From Callorhinchus milii (lineage: Eukaryota), in the NCBI RefSeq assembly GCF_018977255.1, contig NW_024704743.1, forward strand, positions 46,688,001 to 46,752,000: 64,000 nucleotides of DNA, given 5' to 3'. Positions 37,370 to 51,246 of this stretch are shown piece after piece. Every line of letters starts with the position of its first letter. The first letter of the stretch is position 1. Under the pieces are notes generated by a model. The model saw only the letters and a program-made list of their open reading frames with translations, ran no database searches and was not told where the DNA came from. The position numbers and the translations under genes are program-made.

Positions 37370-39053
37370 CTTAAATAAGGACAATAAGGGAATGGCAGAC
37401 TTGTTAAATGAATATTTTGCTTCCATTTTCATAGCAAAGGAACAGGACAAAATACCAACGGAACAAGGGAACATAAAAATAAGCTAAAGAGAAGTACTAA
37501 ATGGATTTAATATAAATAAAAAATGGCAATGGAGAAAATAATGGGACTAAAGATAGACAAATCTCCAAGACCTGATAGATTCCATCCCAAGGTATTAAAA
37601 GAAGTGTGGGAGGAAATTGCAGATGTTTTAGTCATAATTTTCAAAAGCTCTCTATATTTGGGAATTGTGACCTTGAGTTGGAGAATTGCAAATGTCACTC
37701 CATTATTTAAGAAGGAAGGGGGGAGAAACCAGGTAACTACAGATCTGTCAGCTTAACTTCAATTGTGGGGAAGTTACTGGAACCTCTTATCAAGGACCGA
37801 GTGACTGAGCACTTGGACAAGTATGAGCTAATCAAAGAAAGTCAGCATGGATTTGTGAAGGGTGATCATGTCTGATGAATCCAATTGAATTTTTTGAGGA
37901 GGTCACGAACATGGTGGATAAGAGTGTATCTATGGATGCCGGCTACATGGACTTCCAGAAGGCATTTGATAAGATTCCACACAAGAGGCTATTAGCAAAA
38001 ATGAAAGTGCATAGATTTGGAGGTAACCTTGTGACATGCTTGGTAATTGGTTGGGAGGCAGGAAATAGAGAATAGGGATGAAAGGCACATTCTCTGATTG
38101 GCGGGACGTGACAAGTGGTGTTCCGCAGGGACCTCAGCATATATATATATATATATATATAAATAACTTGGATGAAGGAACAGGGAGTCTTATATCCAAA
38201 ATTTGCAGATGACACACATTTAGGAGGCATAAGAAATTGTGTCGATGGGAGCAGGAAGTTACAAAGGAACTTAGACTAAATTAGATTAAATGAGTGGGCA
38301 AAACTGTGGCAGATGGAATTCAATGTGGGGAAATGTGAAGTCATTCACTATGGATCCAAAAGTAGGAAAACAGAATATTTTCTAAATGGTGAGAAACTAA
38401 GAACTGTGGAAGAGCAAAGGGATTTGGGTATCCATGTATACAAATCACTAAAAACAAGTTCACAGGTACAAAAAGTTTTCAAAAAGGTTAATGGGATTTT
38501 GGCATTTATCTCAAAGGGGTGGAATATAAAGGAAAAGAAACGATGCTTCAACTATATAGAGCTTTGGTTAGACCGCATGTTGAGTACTACATTCAATTTT
38601 GGGCACTGCACCTCAGGGAGCATATATTAGCTCTTTGTAGATTCACCAGAATGATACCAGGCTAAAAGGGTTAAATTATGAGGACAGGTTTCATAAACTT
38701 GGTCTCTATTCCCTTGAATTTAGAAGGTTGAGGGGTGATCTGACTGAAGTTTTTAAAATAATGAAGGGGATTAGATAGGGTAGATACAGATAAACTGTTT
38801 CCTCTGGTGGGGAAATCCATGACAAGGGGGCGTAATCTTAAAATTAGAAACAGGCCATTTAGGAGTGAAATCAGGAGGCAGTTTTTCACCCAAAAAGTGG
38901 TGGAATCTGGAACTTTCTCCCCCAAAAGGCTGTAAATGCTGGATCCATTCACAATTTCAAGACTGAGGTGGATAAATATTTGTTAGGTCAGGGTATTAAG
39001 GGATACGGGGCAAAGGGGGTTAATTGGACTTGAGGTACAGATCAGCTATGATC
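37370..39053 (+). mobile_element. 5'-truncated, degenerate CR1 LINE
   Basis: LNEYFASIF, DKSPRPDRFHPKVLKE, MDFQKAFDKIPH and MEFNVGKCEVIH, with several frameshifts and (AT)n at 38139-38161. Confidence 0.92.
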
Positions 39054-39084
39054 TTATAGAGTCGTGGGTTTGCACCCGAGTTGG

Positions 39085-39598
39085 GTGTTGGATTCAGGTA
39101 GGGGCCAAGAGTTTGGGGTGGAGGGAAGATGATGAAAGGATAAATCAAAGACCTTGAAGAAGGCTAGAGAAGAGACAAGGTGTAGAGACTCCAGGATGGA
39201 GTTCCATAGGGTGGGAGCAATAGGCTGAAACCCCAACACTCCATGGTGGACAGGGCAGGGAACATGAGGCAGGCCAGTGCCTGCTAAGCGCAGTTTGGTA
39301 GGGTTTTAGAAGATCACCGAGGTAGGGAAGAGCAAGACCTCAGAGAGATCTAAAAGTGATGATGAGGATCTTGAACTCAGTCTTCAGGGGGATGCAGAGC
39401 CAGTGGATCCAGGCAAAGATCAAGGAGATGGGCTTGTAGAGCCTAATGCAGGAGTGGACATGAGCTGTAGGGTTCTGGATGGTCTGCCGTTTTTGGAGGG
39501 AAGAATTGGGAAGTCCGTCGAGCAGAGAGTTGGCGTTGTCTAGTCTGGACAGAATTAATGCATAGATTAGGGTTGCGGCAGTCCAAGGGGAGAGGTAG
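39085..39598 (-). mobile_element. L2 LINE 3' ORF2 fragment
   Basis: APTLWNSILESLHLVSSLAFFK; upstream sequence is RLDNANSLL/IQNL-like. Confidence 0.7.
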
Positions 39599-40229
39599 TG
39601 ATTGTTAATAATAATAATAATAATAATAATAATCTTTGCACTTAATAGAGTGCCTTATCACATATTTTAAAATGCTTCACAGAGTTTTCTAGAAAGTGTA
39701 GTGACTTTGTAGGTGTGAGTAAACACAGCAACCAATCTGAATTATGTCTAAACAGCCATAAATTGAATGATCAATTTTATCTGGGGGAATGTTGCCAACA
39801 CACCGGGAGAAACTGTTCTCTTTTCAAGTAGTGTCATGGGATCTTTAACATCTGCCTGAACAGGCAGTACATGATCTGTACATGCGTCATTGCAACAAAA
39901 CTGGAGGGTGAAGGTTCAGGTTTATCCATAGCAATTTTAGAACAGACATTAGGAAGTATCTCTTTACACAGAGGATAATTATGAGCTGGAACGTATTACC
40001 AGGAAGTGTGATAGAGGCCAGCATGTTGAATACATTTAAGAAATAGCTCACAGCTTTAATGTGAAACCCGCAGGGTGTGTTTCCTGGAAGGAAGAGATCC
40101 AACAGGGAAAGCACCTTCTTCTCCCAAACCTTGCTTGTTAACCACAAACAAATCTGTTTTTTTAACCAAAAGTTAATGTTAAAGGTATTGTTTAACTTTG
40201 TGTCAGCCTGGCTCTGTGTGTGTCAGTCT

Positions 40230-40635
40230 GGCTCAGTTGTTAGCATTCTCACCCCTGAGTTAGAAGGATGTGAGCTCAAGCCTCAAATCGGAACGTGGAC
40301 CTCATATAGTCTAGCCGACGCTCCAGTGTAGTACTGTAGCTGCCCTCCCTCAGATGAACATGAATTCGAGGCCTTGTTTGCCTGTTTAGGTGGATATTGT
40401 AAGTGCACGTGTCACTATTCGAAAAGAGAAAGGATTTTATCTGGTGTCCAGGCCAACAATCCCCCAATTAAAATTGTTTATTCACTTCATGGCTGTTTGT
40501 GGGACATGTGCAAATTGGCTGCCACATTCACTCACAAAGCATACATCACTCCAGTTTACAGTACATCCTGTGAAGCCTTTTGAGACGTTCTCCCAACATG
40601 AAACATAAGCTATACCGAATGTAAGGATTATTATT
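40230..40635 (+). mobile_element. Deu-domain SINE, older full-length type
   Basis: Degenerate tRNA-like head (ggctcagttgttagcattctcacccctgagttagaagg), Deu core and tail. Confidence 0.75.
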
Positions 40636-40787
40636 AATAACTGATGAGATATTAGGTTAATTGTCAGCAGTAAAGTGATGATATGTTACTGACCCATACT
40701 CCATGATCCTAGAGTCAGATAGATTGGTTTTCACAGAAAGTTACCAGCACATAATAACCATGCCTTGTACATTTTGCTTTCATGCAG

Positions 40788-40908
40788 CTCTCCCCGTTCC
40801 AGCTAGTGGTATCTTCTCCAGTTGGGTTCTGTGGGGATGGAATAGTTCAAGAGGAAAGTGGTGAGGAATGTGATGATGGAAATAGGATCGTCACTGATAG
40901 CTGTATAA
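40788..40908 (+). CDS. COLQ: COLQ exon 15 (121 nt), Cys-rich repeat
   Basis: gcag|CTC...ATAA|gtaagt; LSPFQLVVSSPVGFCGDGIVQEESGEECDDGNRIVTDSCI(N). Confidence 0.96.
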
Positions 40909-41107
40909 GTAAGTCGGCTAAGTTTCATCTTTAATAAAAAAAATTGTATGACACAATGCAAACTCACGTTATAATTTAATTTAGTGTTGCAGAGCTCAGC
41001 TCATTTAGTTTCAGGCAAACACAAATTTGAAAATTTCTGGACCAAACGAGTCAAGCAAACCATGTGCACTTACATCACTCCTACCTAAATTCACCCAAGT
41101 ATTGACA

Positions 41108-41268
41108 TAAAAAATGTCAATGTTAAAGGAAGGTCATGGTTGACCAACTTTATTGAATTCTTTGAAGATGTAACTGATAAATTAGACAAGGGAAATGCAT
41201 TGGATGTAGTGTATCTAGATTTAGAGAAGGTCTTTCATAAAGTGCTAATAAGAGGCTCATTTCCTGGG
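41108..41268 (+). mobile_element. Old CR1 RT fragment in COLQ intron 15
   Basis: ttgaccaactttattgaattctttgaagatgtaact...gatgtagtgtatctagatttt (LTNFIEFFEDVT...DVVYLDF). Confidence 0.75.
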
Positions 41269-41384
41269 TCAATAGAAATGTGTCTGTGTGTTTGTGAGTG
41301 TGTATTTCTATGTCTGTGATTATGTCTCTGATCTGTGTCATCAACCTCTGCAATACAGCTGTGGTATGTGTTGGTTTGTTACAG

Positions 41385-41487
41385 ACTGCAAGCATGCTTC
41401 CTGCGGTGATGGATACCGATGGGAAGGAGTTGAACAATGTGACAGGAAAGATTTTGGTTACCAGACCTGTAAAATATATCTTCCCGG
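41385..41487 (+). CDS. COLQ: COLQ exon 16 (103 nt)
   Basis: acag|AC...GG|gtaagc; (N)[33 protein letters not shown](G). Confidence 0.96.
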
Positions 41488-42056
41488 GTAAGCTCATAGA
41501 GGGCATCACTTCCTTACCTTTAATACAGCGCAACCTTCCGATTCAAATAAAATACAGCAGCTCTGGGATTCCTCACAAAGAGCATGCAGCAAAAATATGC
41601 AGCCATTTTTGTTTTATAAATCATTCCCTATATTTTAGCCTTTGTTTCTCCTACTGTAAAATTCTCTGGAATATTCTTCAATCCTGTCCAGTAAGGCAAT
41701 TAGGAGACCAGCTGGTAGTTGAATTCTGCAAATGATGTTCTCTAACCAGTCTCTAGGAGATGAATGAAACTGGCCAGGGTGAGTGGCCCTTAAAGTCATC
41801 TCCGTCCTGCTGATCTATGCTGAGTTCACCTTCCTAACCACCCACGGCTGAGATCAGGAACTCAGCGATCACAAAGCCTGTGTGCTGTCACTCAGTATAC
41901 AGCACATCTGCCTGTCTCGTACCTCTTCTTATGTTCCCTTTGGAGGGAGAAGTCTCTCTGTGTCCAGTATTGTATGAGCGCATTTACTTGTATATAGTTT
42001 TCGCTAAACAAACATAAATGAGATCTTGTTCTTTCTTTGTGTCCTGCTTCCTTTAG

Positions 42057-42126
42057 GTCTTATGGAAACCTGAAGTGCACTTCCTATTGTTACATTGACT
42101 CCACAAGCTGTCGATATTTCACATGA
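42057..42126 (+). CDS. COLQ: COLQ exon 17 coding part, to stop codon
   Basis: ttag|G TCT...[28 protein letters not shown]. Confidence 0.97.
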
Positions 42127-43129
42127 GGCTGAAGGAGGTGGATGCTGTGTCACTTCCCACTGTAAAACATTCATCTGGTGCTATCGCAGAACCAATGGGA
42201 TTGTGCTATGCACACTCAAACCTCCATTCAACAAATAACAATAATCAGTTGTGGCTGGAAGGCACTTAGAAAGCCAGGATTTATTTCAAGTGATTGTCTG
42301 GATGAGAATTAGGACCATTGCATTTTGTCTTAAAAAAAACAACAGCAGCAAAAAAGGATGATATTGTATTTGCTTTACAGGAATACCTTTAAAATACCCT
42401 TTTCTGGATGGTTACATCCAGAGACTGTTCATGGTTGTTGAAGGACAATACTCAGGCTGAAACAATAGGCAATATGATATCGTTCCTCAAGAGACCGGAA
42501 TCAGAACTGCCATACCTCAGTTGTGCACTGTTACAGACTAGTGTAGTTTTACATACAGGCTTATTCAAGGAAAAGAAAAAAAAAATTGGATCCTGGATGC
42601 TGTGTTGATACGGTGACAAAAATACCAACAATTATTGTAATGTGAAGTGCTATTTATTGCATTTGCATGAGTATTTATGCAACAAAAGCATCAATCATAT
42701 ATGAAACTTTTCCATGCCATTATCCTGCAGAGTTTAGTGTTTTTACAAGATGCACATGTTTTTGTCCCTCCCCTCAGCCCCAGCTACGTGTAAATTTAAA
42801 TGCTTAATGCCCTGACCACCAATAACCATTAATAATGGAAATCTGCCATGTTGATGTGTATACTATGTTACATGGAAACAGGTTGTGGGAAACGGACAAA
42901 AGGAAACAGGGAGGCTTCTCCCCCCATTCCACACACCCCCAGGTACACACGCATGCACACGCACACACACACACATCCTGTAATTTGGAATACAAACAAA
43001 TGGATGTGCAACTGAGTGTATTATGTCTTTATCAAGCATTACATCCAAGAGTGTATCTCTGGGGAGATGGACATTAGGCGTTGACAGCAGGAATAGGAAG
43101 AATGATTTGCAGAAACCCCCCACCCCATC

Positions 43130-43243
43130 CATTTCGCCCAACAAATATACAGTCAGTTCACTTTATAGTATATTCTCAAGCGCTTTGAAACGTCGCGAAG
43201 ATGTGATAAGGCACTATATCAAATGCAAGGATTATTATTATCA
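43130..43243 (+). mobile_element. SINE 3' fragment in the predicted COLQ 3'UTR
   Basis: tttcgcccaacaaatatacagtc...gcactatatcaaatgcaaggattattatt. Confidence 0.8.
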
Positions 43244-43606
43244 TTAATATCCCCGCCAGCACTGTTTTCCCTTTCCTCCCAAAGCAGAGAATTTTTAAAG
43301 AAACCTGCATTACATTTGGAATGTTACAGTTGGACCTGGGACTGCTTTGAACCCCGGGCCCAGCTCCCCCACTGCACCAGTGACTGAAAGAACTGAATGC
43401 ATAAAGAAAGTATACGCGCTGCATACATCACAGTGGATGAGCTGTCAATGGTTGCACAGCAGTCTGCTACAATTGGCAATGGAGACGTGCATAATAAGAT
43501 GGACATTGTAGTTAAAGTATGATTGATCCCCTCTTTGACTTCACAGAAAGAGTTTTGTTACATGTACCTATGCATGTCCATGATACTGGAGTTTACAAAC
43601 TGTAGA

Positions 43607-43612
43607 AATAAA
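43607..43612 (+). promoter_or_regulatory. Candidate COLQ polyadenylation signal
   Basis: AATAAA followed about 15-40 nt later by a U/GU-rich tract (ttttctttgttgtattttattc). Implies a 3'UTR of about 1.5 kb. Confidence 0.55.
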
Positions 43613-46600
43613 AGGAGCTCAATTAGGCTTTCTTTGTTGTATTTTATTCTTCATTAAACAAACCCATGCTAATCCCTGAACATTATTACTGTGCCAAATA
43701 TATGTTTCTTTTAACTTATCAAAAAGCTTAACCATTGTTTCCCTTCACGAGGTGAGGGATGTGAATAATGTGTTCTACTTTTGACAGTCAGTGCTGACAC
43801 TAAGTGCATTCAGGTTAAATGTAGCAGACGTGAAAGGTGGAATGGAGTACTTTGTGCCCCACCAAAATGTGGAAAAAATTCCATCCAGTGTTAGAAAGAG
43901 CGCCTTTAGCGACTGCAACAACACCTATTTATATTTATACAGTGCCCCTCAACCAGGATAGCATCTGGAATGCTGCACAGTGGTGGGATTGGACCAGACC
44001 ATGGGAGAAAGGGGAGGTGACCATAGGCACAGTTGAAGAGTTAACAGGGATTTTAAGCCATAGATGTCTCAATCCAAACAAGAACAGGTATCCTTTCTGC
44101 ACCAGCATGCCATCTCTTTTTACAACGAAGGCTTCTGAATGTGATGGTATGGACTGAATAAATTAAGTTCACTTCGGATCCCTCTGGTCGTCAGCTGGAG
44201 AAGGAATGCGCAAAACTAGCTTTCTGTTTGTTTCCCACCTGCTAGAAATGAGGAAAATGTTATAACCCACTGCACTATCTCAGTCTGCCTTCCACATCTG
44301 ATGGTAACACTGAACAGTAATGAATGTTTATGTCTTATTGCCTAATTTTCTCTGCAGTGTTTGATCAGGTCACAGCAGCATGTGGCTGGGGTCAATATTA
44401 TTGCTGCTCCGTATTAACTGAAACCATAATGGTCTCACTGCTTCAGCTCCTCACTCGGAGAGATGCTGGAGAGAAGCACCACATTAGTATGAAGATTGGG
44501 AATAAAATGACATCACTGAAACTGCCTCAATAAAGTCAATCTCTTACTTTCTAAATGCTCTCAGTTCCGTAAGCCCCAAATCCACTAATTCTTGGAAATT
44601 TGCAGTGAATTGTTTTCATGTTCAAAAAGACTGATTTGATTCTGAACGTTAAGTTCCAATTGCTAAAAATCTGCTGACTCTACAGACAATTTGGCACAGT
44701 TACTTTCAGTAGAAATAAAAGTTTTGGCTTTTCTGTGGCTTTGTTGAAGGAGACTACCAACCTGACACAAACAATAGGCCCTGTTGTGGTCTGCATCAAT
44801 CCTACCTAAATGCTTTTCACTTGAGATTCTTAAAGCTAGAACATTTTAATCCAGACTGATGGGACAAGGTTAGCGCCGGTTAGTGAATGGGCTGTGTTCC
44901 CTTATTACCCACTGCCTCATTTAAAGTCCATCTAAAGTCCTGGCTTAAATTCATTTCCAAATATTTCACTGACAGCCACATTGCATTCCTTAAGGTGATG
45001 ACACACCAAGGTCAACTATACACTAAAATTATTTTTATTACCCCTGAATTACAGTATTTCCCAATATAGAAATGTAATAGTAATATTGTTGTTTTCACCA
45101 ATTGGTGCATATTGGGTCCTAATATTTTATATTATATATTGCCAGCATCTTGGGATGTCCTTCCACCGTGGAAGGAACTCAATAAATTTAATTTGTTGTT
45201 ATTACAGTTTGATACCTTTAGTTCGAAATTCCTCAGTGCTTGTTATTTTTCATTGCTTATTCCCCAAAAGTTTTTTTTATATTTTACAATTGTGTGGTTT
45301 GCTAAGATAGAGATTTGCTGTGAAGCATCAAAGCATAAATACTGTTTCAACGGGACCTGTGAATTTTCTGGTGTTCAAGTAAAGCGTTATCCTTTGCTTG
45401 TGCCTAGTCAGTGGTGGATTCTCCATGGGGTGCGGTCTGTCATTTGGATACATTTGGGACTTAAATTATTGTATGTATATACAACCTCAAGGAATAGAGT
45501 GTGACTGAAGCCATAGGAAGATCCTCATGTTGGGCAGTAAACATAGTTAACAAATCAGGTGGAAAATATGGAGGCAAAAGGACAGCAATATTAAGAAGCT
45601 GAATCATCAACAGCAACCACCCAGTCAATTAACCCAGAGTGCTCCAGTTTATTACTTATGTGGCTTTAGCCCTCTATGTTGGTTCACCTCTCTACAGGAC
45701 TCATTAACTCGGTTAAAATCATTTCTATACATAACATTATCTGCACTCGCTATTTTAAACAAAGTTCAAGGAGGTGAAAAATGGAAAGAAAATTCAAAGT
45801 CATATTTATCACCGGTGACTAGCACATGTTTCTCCCGGCAGAGTTAAAACTTAACACATAGTTGTTCTTAGTTATTCATTTAAAAAAGTGAAATTACCGA
45901 TGAGATGTCATCAGAAAAGTAGTATTTAGAAGGTGTTTAGTCGAGTATAAGGTTGGGTTATGATAGTATTCCATAAACAGGAACTGAACCATTGTGATCT
46001 ATTCGGCTTCAAAGTCAAAGGCTACATTGGGTAGCCGAATGTATTTTGAGTGAAACCATTTGGCAGAAGAAGAGAGGAATGTCCCATGATGTGAAAGTTA
46101 TCATCAGTGGTAATTATTATATCACATACCACATGTTTCACCCTAGTAGGTTTGGACATCTCCCCACCAAAATAGCAGATTAATCCTCTGCAATTCGGAT
46201 TTGCAGGACCAAGGTCAGATTTCTGCTGGCGAGGCCAAATTTAGAATTGTGTATTCTGTGCAGTTTTGGGCATCCTTCCTTCACAAGGAATTTGATGCGT
46301 TAGAGAGAGTTCAGAGAAGAATAGCAATGATAATAAAGAGAGTCATACAGAGATGGGGAAAATAATCTTGAGGGACTATAATAATAATCATCCTAGAGTA
46401 CTTTATCATATTGAATTATTCAAAGTGCTTCACAGTGTTCACTATTAAGTGTAGTGACTGTGATGTTGTGGGCAAGCAAAGCAGCCAAATTGTCTTCAGC
46501 AATGTCCCACAAACAGCCAGGAGATGAATCATCAATTTAACAGGAGGATTGTTGGCCAGGATACTGGAAGAAACTCCCTTCTATTTTTGAATAGCATCCT

Positions 46601-49600
46601 TAACATTTACCTAAATAGACAGATGGAACCATAGGTTAACATCTCAAAATTTGTGAGTTGTGCTAACCAAATGCCAAACTCAAATGTAAAGATTTAATTA
46701 CAGATGCCCTCAATTAATAATAATAACCCTTGCATTTGCTATAATGCCTTATCACTTCAACAAAATGTCTCAAAGCACTTTGCAGTATTTTTCCTGTGAA
46801 ATATAGATGACTGTATTTATAGGCAAATTGTCTTTAACAATCAATAAAAAGGATTCCATGTGATTCCATATTCTTTACATTGGTTCTTAACAGCATGATT
46901 ATAGACAGCATTTAGACATGCTTAACCCACCCCATAAATTAAACACCATGGCAAAAACTGATAGGATAGATTAGATCAAAGTAAGTTTCATCTCTTCCAG
47001 AATTTGGAACTATAGATAAAATAGCATAAACTAAACACAGGAATATCATTTCATTTCTTTGATTTTGTTGACTTTCTTTATTGCACAAGCTCTACATGCT
47101 TTCTCCTACAAAAATACACAGTCATTACACTTTAAAGTAAATCCCGTGAAGCGCTCTAAGATGGGCTCCTGATACTATAAAAGGCGCTATATCAAATGCA
47201 AGGATTATTATTATTATTTAAAGAAATACCTTGAGTCACGACTACAATTTTACGAGTATTCTCATCCATCATCTGCACTGATTGCACTCTGCCTATCTAT
47301 TTGTTATGAGTTAGAATTTGTGTTTTTTCCATTGGAATCACATAACAAAAAGATTGCTAGGTTTAGCAATCAACAGAGGATAAACCAAAGGCAGCGATCA
47401 GGATGAATTCTGTAGCATCAGTGAGGCACTAAAAGAAATTATTCTAAAAACGAAAGTCTACAGCACATTTAGAAGAGGAAAGGTTTCCCATTTTTCTTGG
47501 ACTAATCTCATTTACTTGTGCAGAATATTCCAGTCACGTGTTTAGCCCTTGTGAGAAATGCACTGACTGTAGAATCATCTATCAAGCCTGAGCTCAAGTA
47601 ATTGGGGTCACTTGCAACAATAACTCTTTGAGAGTGGTAAAATAAAAACGGAGGCTTCTTTTAAGCTAATGAGCTTTTTGAACGATTTAAGAGGCTTTCA
47701 AAAAAATCAGGATTTGACATTTCTCTCCTGTCCTGGAAGTGTGTCCAAGATAACTTCAGAACATTACGGGTTATATTATGCTCCAGTTTCTTGCACCAGA
47801 AAGTATGGTAGATGGGTATGTGACTCAAATTTCTGCATGTTCTGTTCCTAATTTCTATTCTGAGCAGCTGGCACAGGCAAAGAAACATAGAAATCTACAG
47901 CACAGAAGAAGGCCATTCGGCCCATCAAGCCTGCAGAGCTAGGATATCGCTTCACCGTCTTGCCTTCGCCCCAATACTCCTTCACCTCCACCCGTTCATA
48001 TGCCTATCTACTTCCCTCTTGAAAGTTACAATAGACTCTGCCTCCACCATCCTACTCGGCAGAGCATCCAACTACTCTCTGAGTGAAAACAAATCATCCT
48101 AAGTGCTCCTTCCACTCTTCTTGTGACTATTTTATAATAATAATAATCCTTGCATTTGATATAGCGCTTTTCACGTCTTCTAGACGTCTCAAGGCGCTTC
48201 ACTAAGGCCTTTTTGAAGGCAGGGGCAAAAAAAACCACTGAATCAATAATTGTATTCAAGCTCTATTTTTAATGAAGCACAATTGCTCAATCAACGCTGA
48301 ATTAACCTAGCTTCTGCACAACAGACTATTGGCACCAATAGAGCAAGGGTCTAGTGATTCTAGACCCAGGTGAAATTTTTCCCCTGATGTGTTTGATAAG
48401 TTGATGTCATATTAATATCATATCATTATTTAATTGTATTTATATTTATTTTGTGTTTTTCCTCTCTGCAGCGCTTCTTAAAATCATTAAAAATGCGATT
48501 GAATTCATATAAAAAAACCGGAAACTTCCACAAGATAATATTCCAATGGGGATAATTTTAGTAGTGTCCAGAGTTTGAACTGTCCTCACCAAAAATAAAA
48601 TGTTTATTTTTTTAAGAAAGAACATTGTCAACATGACAATACAATCCTCAGAGGAATACAGTAACTCAAGATATCTCCTAAATCTGATGGATCTCAAAAA
48701 CCCAGCTATTTATATGAGGCTAACAGCTATCAGCAGTCAATCATTCTGTTCACTGTCCTTTGAACGACTCTTCGCTTGTAGAAATATCAGAGGCAAATAA
48801 ATAACAATGTTCCTTGCCTCACTCTGCCCTCCTATAACATTATATATTACCCTTTAATACTTCATTTTGCCATTGTGTGAAAAAATATTCCTGGAATATT
48901 GATACATTTCTGATGGTGTAATAAAAGGAAACAGCAGGATTGAGCCAAAGTGCAGTTGATGCTAAATTAGATACAATTCATGTCTATACTTTCCTACACA
49001 CATTTTTTGAACAAGTTTATATTTTCATAAAGACGTTTTACCCAAAAAGGTGTTGCCATTCTACTCCTGATTTCTCTGAAGTGCCCTGGCAGCCCGGTCT
49101 TGCAGGTGATTTCAATACTGCGATTCTGCATTTCATGGGATTTCAACAAGTTAAAAGACAGTTGCTAATGGGAAACTGTTGACCTCAGAATAAGAGCTGG
49201 CATGTGGTTCTGACAAACAGGTGGAACGATCGAGGCAAACACTGTAAGCAGCACCACTCGCCACAGCTCAGGGAGCATAATTGAGGTCTACCAAATCCTA
49301 CAGGGATTACACTATTTACAAGTACGCTAATCTTATAAATAGCTTCCAAGAACTACAGCTTGTAGCAAACACAACATTGTCCACTGAGATGAATTCAGTA
49401 TCAACAACACTTTGCCATAAAACTGCAGTTTCCCCTTATGTGGACCCAATTGATTCTTTTTTCCATTGTACATCCCATCACATTCCATTAGTAATTTATT
49501 ATATTCAGCAGTTTTTTTTAGGAATCACCAGTCATGTGATGGGTGACATCATGATGCAGAAACCCTAACCGCTCTTGATCACTTCCTGTTTTACGGTGAG

Positions 49601-51050
49601 TTGGAATTGTATGTCCTATTATTCGGGTGTCACGTGTGGTTATGAATATTTAGTGTACAGTGAACCAAATTAAGAACTGGTGATATCAAGCCTCGAAATA
49701 AACTCCTCGCTTCAGGTTCCTGTACTTCTCTCACAGTCCTGGACAGAATACAAAAAAAAACTTATCAATACTATGATGGATATTATTTCTGTAAATGTTC
49801 CACTTATTCCTCCAAAGCACCAAACACACAGTCCTCAGTGGGATAACAGGATATCCTATTGTTCCTCTCTGCATCGTGATTACAGACTGCCATGTAATGT
49901 TAACGCAGTGTAGCAGAGTAATAATAATCCTTGTATTTGGTATATTACAGGGTACGGGAGGAATTTAAGCAAACCTATAGTGTTCTTGATGGCTCGGGGC
50001 TCTTCCAGAGCTTAGATGACTACCTTCAGGAATCGGGGAGGAATTTTCCAGGGACTGTAAACCCCAGTTTACCAGACTCCTGGTATCCGGAATTTGTATC
50101 TAGCTGGGCCAGGCCCAAAACTCAAACATTTTTGAAACATTTCACATGGGTGTGAAACATGTGTGTGTGTAAGATTCCTGCCAGCCCACGCTCCTAAAGC
50201 ACGATCCACCCTCACCGTGCTCGATGGCCTTCAGTGACTAGGCAGGGATATCGACTTTGAGTAAGTTTGAATCCTGCGAGCAGAAGGCAGCTTATTCACT
50301 ATCTTCTGCTCAAGAGATCCAAACAATTACAATGCTGGGAGCAGCATCTAGCGGCATTTTTCGGCACTGAAAAAAGCCAGCACCAAAAAATGCCGATAAA
50401 TACCAGCATTGTAATTACACTTAGCCGGAATTCTTGCCAGACTGGATTTCCCCCCAACCCCAGTAGTCTGGCGAGCCGGGGGTTTAGTGTAAATCTTTTT
50501 TACTCCAATTGCATGTTTTTGTTTTATTGCTTTTATTTTTCCACCTCCCCTAGGAGAGGACCAAGTGATCAGCAGCAGGAGTAAGGTGTCGACCAATTTT
50601 GTGTGAGAGGGAGTGAATTGGACTTGATGCCCCTCTGGGCCTTTGTTTTTGATCTTTCCTGTGTGTGTATCAAAGTGTGTTTGTAACATATCATACTGGC
50701 TTCTACTCTATCTCCTTCCTTCCCAGGACCCTGTCTCACTCCCAACCTCTCTCAGTCATCCAGTTTTCCTACATTGTGACAATCATCATAATAATAATAT
50801 CCTTTGCATCTGATATAGTACCTTATTACGTTGCCGAGATGTTTCAAAGTGCTTCACAGGATATCCTACAAAGTTTATTGACTGTGTATTTGGTGGGTGA
50901 ATGCGGCAGCCAACAAGTCCCACAAACAGCCATGAAGTGATGAGCGGAGAGGGAGGGAGAGACAGAAAGATGACTTTAGGATCACATATAAAAGGACAAG
51001 TTTGCTGTGTTGGGACTGTTGCTTTCTACAATATATATAAATTTGGGGGG

Positions 51051-51246
51051 AACAAAAACAAAAGTCGCTGGGAACATTCAGCAGGTCAGGCAGCATCTAT
51101 GGAGAAAGGAAAGTGAGTGATGAAGGGTCATGGACACGAAACGTTACTCACTTTCCTTTCTCCATAGATGCTGCCTGACCTGCTGAGTGTTCCAGCAATT
51201 TCTGTTTTTGTTTCAGATTTCCAGCATCTGCAGTATTTTGCGTTTT
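51051..51246 (+). mobile_element. Palindromic non-autonomous Penelope-like element with hammerhead-like loop
   Basis: 41-bp perfect inverted arms 51078-51118 and 51146-51186; loop contains TGATGA...GAAAC. Family assignment is from recalled sequence similarity. Confidence 0.6.

Noticed and set aside
48460..48580. Plus-strand acceptor followed by LLKIIKNAIEFI*
   Set aside because: Lies beyond the COLQ stop and poly(A) candidate; no partner exons or recognisable homology
49931..50155. Protein-like 74-aa ORF, and the GC-richer block at 56103-56483
   Set aside because: No recognisable domain or splice context; possibly unclassified repeats, which needs a database search
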